DNA of 40,754 nt from Candidatus Dadabacteria bacterium UBA2774 (GTDB taxonomy: Bacteria; Desulfobacterota_D; UBA1144; Nemesobacterales; UBA2774), in the NCBI GenBank assembly GCA_002352485.1, contig DEIM01000225.1, positions 12,450-53,203 on the forward strand, in the 5' to 3' direction. Position numbers and translations under genes: made by a program. Positions 10,088 through 17,035 of this stretch are shown here, one piece after another (the stretch's first letter is position 1; each line of letters starts with the position of its first letter). Below the pieces are notes generated by a model. That model was given only the letters and a program-made list of their open reading frames with translations, was not told the origin of the DNA and searched no databases.

Positions 10088-11011
10088 TCAGCCTTCGGAT
10101 GAAATTACCTTTAGAAATACTTCTTCAAGCGTATGTATGAGTGGTCTTAGCTCAAGAAGACCCCAGTTGTACTTAACAGCCATACTTGTAAGCTCCTCTC
10201 TGACGTCGCTGCCGTTTGATGGGACTATTACATACTCGCCCGGAGCGCTCATATTTACCTTTGAGATGTTTTCTATGGACTCAATTTTTTCTTTTACATC
10301 GTCACCGTTACGCCTTAGCTTTAAGTATAGGCTCTCAGAGCTCTTTAGGTTCAGAGAGAGTGACTCAAGGGATTCTTCAAGCGCAATTCTGCCCTCGTTA
10401 ATAATTATCACACGGCTGCAGATCATAGTGACCTCGGGCAGTATGTGTGTACTAAGTATAATAGTACGCTCCCCGGCCAGACTTTTGATAAGCTCACGTA
10501 TTTCGATAATCTGTACAGGGTCAAGCCCGTTAGTGGGCTCGTCGAGCACAAGTACCGAGGGGTTATTAATGAGCGCCTGCGCTATACCAACGCGCTGCTT
10601 GTAGCCCTTGGACAGATGGGCGATAATGCGCTTACTTACCGATGTGATGCCGCACTTGTCCATCACGTAGAGGATCCTGCCCTTTTTTTCCTTTGACGGT
10701 ACCATTTTAATATCGGCTACAAAATCAAGATACTCCTCGACATTCATATCGTTATAAAGTGGGGGGTTCTCGGGCAAGTACCCGATCTGTTTTTTCGCCT
10801 TAAGCGGGTGGTCGAATATATCGACATCCTCAATGCGCACAGAGCCCTTGGTAGGAGGCATATAGCCCGTGATGATACGCATGGTTGTAGTTTTCCCTGC
10901 TCCGTTGGGGCCTAGAAATCCTAGGACATCGCCCTTCTCTAGCTCAAAAGAAATGTTGTCAACGGCACGCAGGTTGCCGTAGTTTTTAGTGAGATTATGA
11001 ACGCGTATCAA
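10088..11011 (-). CDS. ABC transporter ATP-binding protein (GldA-like)
   Basis: 307 aa. Walker A GPNGAGKTT, signature LSKGYKQRV, Walker B VLVLDEPT. Confidence 0.92.
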   Translation of the reverse strand: MIRVHNLTKNYGNLRAVDNISFELEKGDVLGFLGPNGAGKTTTMRIITGYMPPTKGSVRIEDVDIFDHPLKAKKQIGYLPENPPLYNDMNVEEYLDFVADIKMVPSKEKKGRILYVMDKCGITSVSKRIIAHLSKGYKQRVGIAQALINNPSVLVLDEPTNGLDPVQIIEIRELIKSLAGERTIILSTHILPEVTMICSRVIIINEGRIALEESLESLSLNLKSSESLYLKLRRNGDDVKEKIESIENISKVNMSAPGEYVIVPSNGSDVREELTSMAVKYNWGLLELRPLIHTLEEVFLKVISSEG

Positions 11012-11178
11012 ATAAGTTTGTACTCCCGATGTCTATAACCAAATACCCTAAACCCACTCCGCATATATTGCTATACTGCAAATAGAATAACCGCACCTTA
11101 ATTCTATTCCAAACCGATTCTTAATGATAGTTTTAATTCTCTCAACTTTGGGTAGAATTATCGGTTAGCCGAAGAAAA

Positions 11179-11207
11179 TTGACTAAGTGTTATAACTATG
11201 ATATTAA
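11179..11207 (+). promoter_or_regulatory. candidate sigma-70 promoter for the frhB-like/korAB operon
   Basis: TTGACT (11179-11184), 17-nt spacer, TATTAA (11202-11207), in an AT-rich 390-bp divergent intergenic region. This implies a 5' UTR of about 185 nt. Such matches arise by chance in AT-rich DNA. Confidence 0.2.
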
Positions 11208-11398
11208 ACTGGATGTATTATTAAATACAGGCTGCAAATTAGAGAAATACCGATACTAGGAAAACGGATATTTAATCATATTTACGAACACCAAAGCACC
11301 GAAAATACATCATATACAATACGGAACTTAGAAGGCATATTATTAAAAGCCTTAGAGCCAAGTTCTGCAGGTGATAAGACTAGCAAAGAGGGGAGTTT

Positions 11399-12682
11399 TT
11401 GATGAGTAAAGAAGAGCTTAGTAACGACGACAAACTAGTGCTTGCGGTCAAAAAAAGATATCGCGACATGCTCGCTGAGGGTGTTGACCCTTATGAGTGG
11501 GCATATGCATGGCGCTCTGAGATAAACCGCGGTGGTTTTAGAGCAGTTGATTTCCTTATGGATGAAATAGTGGATACGGGTAAGTGCGTCGGGTGCGCAG
11601 CCTGTGTGACTATTTGCCCGACCGATGTTTTTGACTATAAAGACGAGCACCCTGTGGATACGAGAAAGGACGCATGTGTGCTGTGCGAGCTATGCGCGGA
11701 CGTTTGCCCAGTTCTCAGGCCTCTGGATAAGGACCTGCATACCCTTTTGGGCTTTAAGCAGCCAATTATAGACGAGGGGTTCGGACCTTACAACTACGCC
11801 GTAATTGCCCGTGCAAAAAATAAGGAATTTTTGGATAAGGGACAGGACGGAGGAGTAACAAGCGCACTTTTGGTGCATCTGCTTGAGCAGGGGACTATAA
11901 ACGGGGCAGTGCTCGGTGACGTGCTTCCGGAAAACCCTCAGATAGGGGTGCAGAAACTCGCTACCACTTCAGAGGAAATAGTTCAGTGCAGCGGCTCGCG
12001 CTATACATATTCCCCCAACACAGTTGCATTGACCGAGGCTATGAGGCGGGATGTACACCCTCTGGCAGTAGTTGGCGTACCGTGTCAGGTGGACGGCGTG
12101 CGACAGCAGCAATACAGCAGTATAAGACTCGAAGTGGCCAAATGGTATCAGAAGAACGTAAGCTTGGTAATTGGATTATTTTGCTCTGAGAGTTTTACTC
12201 ACGAGCACATTACATTTATAGCTAAAGAGCTTGATGTAGACCCAGAAGATATAGTAAGAGTAAACGTAAAAGGTAAGGTAATAATCGAGCTCCGTGACGG
12301 CCGGGAAATTATAATGAAGCTTAAGGACTTTCATCCCTTCGCACGGCCCGCATGCTTGTATTGTCTTGACTATTCCGCCGAGCACGCAGATATAGGTGTG
12401 GGTGGTATAGGGCTTGACGGATGGACTTTTGTAGCCGTCCGCACAGAAGCAGGGCACAAAGCGTTTCAGGCAGGCGTGGACGCAGACCTTTTTGAAATAA
12501 TGGAAGTTGACGAAGTACCGAAGGCAAAGAGCTTACTGATAAGACTCTCTGATATGAAAAGGAATAAACCCCTTCCTGCACTCATGCCTACGCTGCAGGA
12601 GAGGATTGAAATGGGCAATACAAACCCCAAAACATTTTATAAAGATTACAATCCAAGCAATGGAGGGAAAAACGGTAAATGA
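11399..12682 (+). CDS. FrhB/FdhB-family flavo-iron-sulfur protein with an N-terminal 2x[4Fe-4S] ferredoxin domain
   Basis: 427 aa. Two cluster motifs: CVGCAACVTICP and CVLCELCADVCP. FrhB_N-like QDGGVTSALLVHLLEQGTINGAV. FrhB_C-like CLYCLDYSAEHADIGVGG. Likely start is the ATG at 11402 (SD gagggga at 11388-11394). The stop overlaps the korA start (ATGA at 12679-12682). Confidence 0.8.
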   Translation: MMSKEELSNDDKLVLAVKKRYRDMLAEGVDPYEWAYAWRSEINRGGFRAVDFLMDEIVDTGKCVGCAACVTICPTDVFDYKDEHPVDTRKDACVLCELCADVCPVLRPLDKDLHTLLGFKQPIIDEGFGPYNYAVIARAKNKEFLDKGQDGGVTSALLVHLLEQGTINGAVLGDVLPENPQIGVQKLATTSEEIVQCSGSRYTYSPNTVALTEAMRRDVHPLAVVGVPCQVDGVRQQQYSSIRLEVAKWYQKNVSLVIGLFCSESFTHEHITFIAKELDVDPEDIVRVNVKGKVIIELRDGREIIMKLKDFHPFARPACLYCLDYSAEHADIGVGGIGLDGWTFVAVRTEAGHKAFQAGVDADLFEIMEVDEVPKAKSLLIRLSDMKRNKPLPALMPTLQERIEMGNTNPKTFYKDYNPSNGGKNGK

Positions 12683-14484
12683 GCTCTAATAACGGCCAAC
12701 CCGTACTCGAAGATATAAGCGTGATCGTAGCCGGACAGGGAGGTGACGGTTCACTTACAGTTATTACGATGCTTGCAGACCTGTTCCGGAATAGCGGGCT
12801 TAACGTATACACGGAAAGAGACGTGCTCTCACGTATCCGCGGCGGACACGCAGCGGCAACAATGAGGGCGTTTACCGGTCATAGGTATTGTATCGGAAGC
12901 AAGATCACACTCCTCGTGGCGCTTGACGAAGAGGCGGTTACAAAAAATGCGCGTCACCTGGACTCTGACAGCGTAATAGTATTTGATGATTCAAGCGGTT
13001 CCCTACCCAAGGGTCTATTACCCCAAGGAGCCAAGCTCTATGCGGCCCCTTTCAACAGAATTGCTATGCGTACGATGAGACGTGAGCTATACAAAAACAG
13101 TATTGCTTTCGGAATGGTGGGGCGTCTGTTGGGGCTTGAAGACGAGCACATGCGGGAGACTTTCGTAAAACGCTTTGAAAGACGCGGGCAAGTAATTTTA
13201 GACTATAACTTAGAAGCACTCGGTCTCGGACTTCACATGGCAGACGAGCTGGGTATTAAGCAAGGAAAAGGACTTTACAAAATAGAGCGCACGGACCCTG
13301 AGGAGCACCTCCTCATTATGGGAAATGAATCCGTAGCTTTCGGATTTATGGCTGCAGGCGGGAGGTTCTTCACCGGCTATCCTATAACGCCCTCTACTGA
13401 GGTGCTTGAAACTCTGCAGAAATGGCTGCCCAAGTGCGGGGGAGTGGTAAGACAGACTGAGGACGAGCTTGCGGGTGTAAACATGGCCATAGGCGCTGCG
13501 CTCACCGGCGCAAGGACTATGACAGCCACGTCAGGACCCGGTTTTTCACTCATGCAGGAAGGAGTAGGACATGCAGGCTCTGCCGAAGTACCGCTCGTTG
13601 TAGTAGACTGCCAGCGTTCAGGGCCGAGCACCGGTATGCCTACAAGACCCGAGCAGAGCGATCTGAACCTTATGGTTTTCGGAGGTCACGGGGATTTCCC
13701 AAGATTCGTTCTTACCCCGGGACACCCGGAGGACTGCTTTTATCTCACTGTAGACGCTACAAACCTGGCCGACAAGTATCAGTTACCCGTGTTCATAGCA
13801 ATGGATCAGGCGCTTTCACAGAACATAGCAACTGTAAAACCCTTCAACCTGGACGAAGTAACCGTTACGCCCGGAAAGAGGCTCACGGCAGAAGATGTTG
13901 CAAAACTAGATACTTATAAACGCTACAGCTTTTCTGAGGATAATATCTCGGCGTTCGCGGCACCGGGCACACCGGGAGGAATGTCTCTTGTCACAGGAAA
14001 CGAGCACGATGAGTTCGGGCTCGTGTCTACCGACCCCGATAACCGTTTGCGTATGATGGAAAAACGAATGAACAAGATGGAAGACGCCAAAAAAGAGCTT
14101 CCCAAAGGAAGGCTTTTCGGGGATCAGGAATCTAAAATCGGATTTATAGGCATAGGAATGATGTACGGTGTTATTTTAGAGGCCATGGAGGAGCTCGAAC
14201 AAGAAGGTATCCACACAAAATATTTACAGCCCAGAACAATCTGGCCAATGCTGGATGAGACAATAGAGTTCATAAACAGCTGCGACCGCGTATATGTAAT
14301 CGATTTAAATGCCGGGGCTCAGCTGGCGCGTTTATTCATGCACCAGGGGGCTGAGAAGAATAAGATAATAAGCATTACCAGATATGACGGGCTGCCTTAC
14401 AGACCTGGTATACTGGTTAAACAGATACTTGAAGAAGAAGCTAAACTCTTAAACGGCCAAGGTAAGGAGGCAAAGCTGTTATGA
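12679..14484 (+). CDS. korA: 2-oxoacid:ferredoxin (acceptor) oxidoreductase subunit alpha, KorA type
   Basis: 601 aa. N-terminal gamma-like domain (IVAGQGGDG) followed by the alpha domain (GYPITPSTE). ATGA overlaps at both ends. Confidence 0.85.
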   Translation: MSSNNGQPVLEDISVIVAGQGGDGSLTVITMLADLFRNSGLNVYTERDVLSRIRGGHAAATMRAFTGHRYCIGSKITLLVALDEEAVTKNARHLDSDSVIVFDDSSGSLPKGLLPQGAKLYAAPFNRIAMRTMRRELYKNSIAFGMVGRLLGLEDEHMRETFVKRFERRGQVILDYNLEALGLGLHMADELGIKQGKGLYKIERTDPEEHLLIMGNESVAFGFMAAGGRFFTGYPITPSTEVLETLQKWLPKCGGVVRQTEDELAGVNMAIGAALTGARTMTATSGPGFSLMQEGVGHAGSAEVPLVVVDCQRSGPSTGMPTRPEQSDLNLMVFGGHGDFPRFVLTPGHPEDCFYLTVDATNLADKYQLPVFIAMDQALSQNIATVKPFNLDEVTVTPGKRLTAEDVAKLDTYKRYSFSEDNISAFAAPGTPGGMSLVTGNEHDEFGLVSTDPDNRLRMMEKRMNKMEDAKKELPKGRLFGDQESKIGFIGIGMMYGVILEAMEELEQEGIHTKYLQPRTIWPMLDETIEFINSCDRVYVIDLNAGAQLARLFMHQGAEKNKIISITRYDGLPYRPGILVKQILEEEAKLLNGQGKEAKLL

Positions 14485-15359
14485 CCACAGAGCCCAAGAC
14501 AAAAACCTTTACACCCGCAAGACCCATATGGTGCGCGGGATGCGGAGACTTCGCTGTACGGGGAGTACTGGAGAAATCACTCGAGAATATGGGTATTCCA
14601 CCTCATAAATTTATGTTCCTAGCCGGTATAGGCTGCTCGGGTACAATCCAGAATAACATTAAGTGCTACGGCTATCACTCGCTCCACGGCAGGGTACTGC
14701 CCACTTCGATCGGAGCAAAGCTCGCAAACCCAGATTTAACTGTTGTTGCAGCGGGCGGCGACGGCGATGGATTTGCGATAGGCGCGGGCCACTTGGTTCA
14801 CACGTTTAAGAGTAACCCCAGCATCACGTACATAGTGATGAATAACAGCAATTACGGCCTCACAAAGGGCCAGGCTTCACCTACAAGCCCAACAGGGTAC
14901 AGAGACAACGCGGAGACGGGGATGGACTCGATACTTCTTGGCCTTAGTTTTCCTTCAACGACATTTTTAGCGCGCGGTTTCAGCGGCAACGCCGCTCAGC
15001 TGGAGAGTCTTATGATGGCGGCTCTCGAGCACACGGAGGCTGGAAGAGGATTCGCTTTTCTCGAAGTACTATCCCCATGCGTTACCTATTACGACACACA
15101 CAGGGAATGGCGCGCTAAGGTTTACAACATAAACGAGGAAGAGGGATTTGACCCCACAGACAGAGCCAATGCTTTCAAGAGGGTTCTGGAGCTAAAAGAG
15201 GAAAAACGCATCCCTATAGGGCTTATTTTCAAAGGCGAGAACACCGCACTCGAAAAGCTTATTGTTAACGAGAATGAAACCTATCCAGCTCTGCAGGAAA
15301 TCGGCCACACGGGCCATAGAGCCGAGTATGATAAGTTCATAAAGGCTTATTTAGGGTAA
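14481..15359 (+). CDS. korB: 2-oxoacid:ferredoxin (acceptor) oxidoreductase subunit beta (TPP-binding), KorB type
   Basis: 292 aa. WCAGCGDF, GIGCSG, and the TPP motif GGDGDGFAIG...NNSNYGLT. Confidence 0.85.
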   Translation: MTTEPKTKTFTPARPIWCAGCGDFAVRGVLEKSLENMGIPPHKFMFLAGIGCSGTIQNNIKCYGYHSLHGRVLPTSIGAKLANPDLTVVAAGGDGDGFAIGAGHLVHTFKSNPSITYIVMNNSNYGLTKGQASPTSPTGYRDNAETGMDSILLGLSFPSTTFLARGFSGNAAQLESLMMAALEHTEAGRGFAFLEVLSPCVTYYDTHREWRAKVYNINEEEGFDPTDRANAFKRVLELKEEKRIPIGLIFKGENTALEKLIVNENETYPALQEIGHTGHRAEYDKFIKAYLG

Positions 15360-15433
15360 GCGGGAATTGAGACTGAAAGTGTTTTAATTTGTGCCTCTTT
15401 CACACTTCATTACCGCCAAGTGTCACTCACTTT

Positions 15434-16645
15434 TTAAGGTCCGGTGCAAATATCTACTGAGGCACAGTCATTGCACGTGCCAATTGAGTTTGAACTACAG
15501 ACACACTGACCGTCGCACCATGTCGCTCCACTAAGATTCGCCCTAGTCAGATCCGCCCCGCTTAGATTCGCGTTAAGCAGCCTCGCGCTAGTTAGATTTG
15601 CGTCAAACAGTCTCGCACTAGTCAGGTCCGCCCTTGTTAGAATCGCTCCGGCCAAATTAGCCCTAGTCAGATCCGCCCTAGTCAGATCCGCCCCGGTCAA
15701 ATTAGCGTCAGGTAGCTCAGCGGTAGCCATATTCGCCCGAGTAAGATTTGCGAAAGTTAAATTCGCCCCGGTGAAGTTCGTATTGAGTAGACTCGCCTGA
15801 GCTAGATTTGACTCAGTCAGGTCCGCCCCACTCAGGTTTGCAAATGATACGGTAGCTCCGGCTAAATTCGATAAAGCAAGCTTAGCCCCTTGCAGATTCG
15901 CAAAAGAAAGTTTCGCCCCTTCCAGATTAGTCCCACTTAGATCCGCCCCGGCAAGATTTACCTTAACCAGCTTGCAGCCACTGCAGTTTCCTGTCTTTAA
16001 TAATGTCCCAATATCTGAACGTAATGGTAACTGTGCTCTGGCTTCCTTAACTATGCCGGAATTGCTGAGTGTCTTTGAGATTATGCCCTTTGCTGTTTTC
16101 AATATTCCTTTATCATCCCTAGTGTTTCTTGCCCCCAATCCCTCCGGGTCGTCTGTGGGTTGTATAAATATGGCTAGAGGGTCTTCGGAGCGCCCGTCAT
16201 GGTGTAAACGCATTTCATAGTCCCCTTCCTCTATTACCGCTGTCACGCAGTCCCCGTTTGCTTCCACCATCAGCACCTCTAGTCCATCGCTGTCTGCCAG
16301 GATCATAAAATGCTCAGCCCCCTGATCTTCATCTTCCCAGCAAAAGGTGTTTTCGAATGTCTGGTCGTATGTATATGGAATTACGTCTATGCCCGCTTCG
16401 TCAGTGTCTTGTTCCGGCTTCTCTGCAGCAGGAGATTCGAGAAAATCAACCACTATCCCGTCATCAGCATCTGCTAATATAGAAGAATCTTCCGAGAAAT
16501 CGTTCTCCGTTAGTGTTTGAGTGCCACCCTGATCTCCGTTGTTACTGCATCCACCGATTGCGCCTAGGGATATAAACCCCAATAGTAGCACAATCCCCAT
16601 ACACTTCATGATGAAACAATCTTGTGACTTTACTAATCTGCTCAT
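15434..16645 (-). CDS. exported pentapeptide-repeat lipoprotein with a Cys-rich C-terminal tail
   Basis: 403 aa. SD agggggat upstream of the ATG at 16645. Lipobox-like LGAIGGC (Cys33). Acidic domain at aa 35-200. About 31 consecutive A(D/N)LxX pentapeptides at aa 221-375. The tail WCDGQCVCSSNSIGTCNDCASVDICTGP has 7 Cys. Confidence 0.85.
   Translation of the reverse strand: MSRLVKSQDCFIMKCMGIVLLLGFISLGAIGGCSNNGDQGGTQTLTENDFSEDSSILADADDGIVVDFLESPAAEKPEQDTDEAGIDVIPYTYDQTFENTFCWEDEDQGAEHFMILADSDGLEVLMVEANGDCVTAVIEEGDYEMRLHHDGRSEDPLAIFIQPTDDPEGLGARNTRDDKGILKTAKGIISKTLSNSGIVKEARAQLPLRSDIGTLLKTGNCSGCKLVKVNLAGADLSGTNLEGAKLSFANLQGAKLALSNLAGATVSFANLSGADLTESNLAQASLLNTNFTGANLTFANLTRANMATAELPDANLTGADLTRADLTRANLAGAILTRADLTSARLFDANLTSARLLNANLSGADLTRANLSGATWCDGQCVCSSNSIGTCNDCASVDICTGP
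15521..15985 (-). repeat. coding tandem repeat (15-nt periodic) encoding the pentapeptide repeats
   Basis: Recurrent units such as ctagtcagatccgcc (two adjacent copies near 15663-15692). The repeat lies entirely inside the CDS and in frame. Confidence 0.8.
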
Positions 16646-16791
16646 AGTTATCCCCCTTTTTACGGATATTACAATAAATTTGGTACTAGAAAATCTTATT
16701 ATATTATAGCTCAGATTCTAAATACAAGTTGTAATCAGCGTAAAATTTTCGCGTTTATGTTTATTTTACCTATCGGAAGAAGCGCTTTTCC

Positions 16792-16819
16792 TAGACAAAT
16801 TCCAAGTTGAATCTATAAT
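16792..16819 (+). promoter_or_regulatory. candidate sigma-70 promoter for sucAB
   Basis: TAGACA (16792-16797), 16-nt spacer, TATAAT (16814-16819). It lies about 215 nt upstream of the sucA ATG. Confidence 0.3.
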
Positions 16820-17035
16820 GTTTATTACCTCATCGAGACTGAGTATTTGTATATGAATTTCGGCATATTCAATTAGTTTTTAAGTTTGGTTAAAACAATA
16901 CGCAATATTGGGGTTTTAACAGCTGTTTAAGATTGCGGCTCATATATTCTTATGCTAAGATTATAAGCGAAAATTGATGTTAAAACATAACTCCCCTCAA
17001 AAGGCAACTCATAGTAATTCAACAGGATTAAGAAT

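Noticed and set aside
15521-15985. Regular short DNA repeats that at first glance resemble a repeat array.
   Set aside because: The periodicity is 15 nt with no unique spacers, and it lies entirely in frame within the pentapeptide-repeat CDS. It is not a CRISPR array and not a noncoding tandem repeat.
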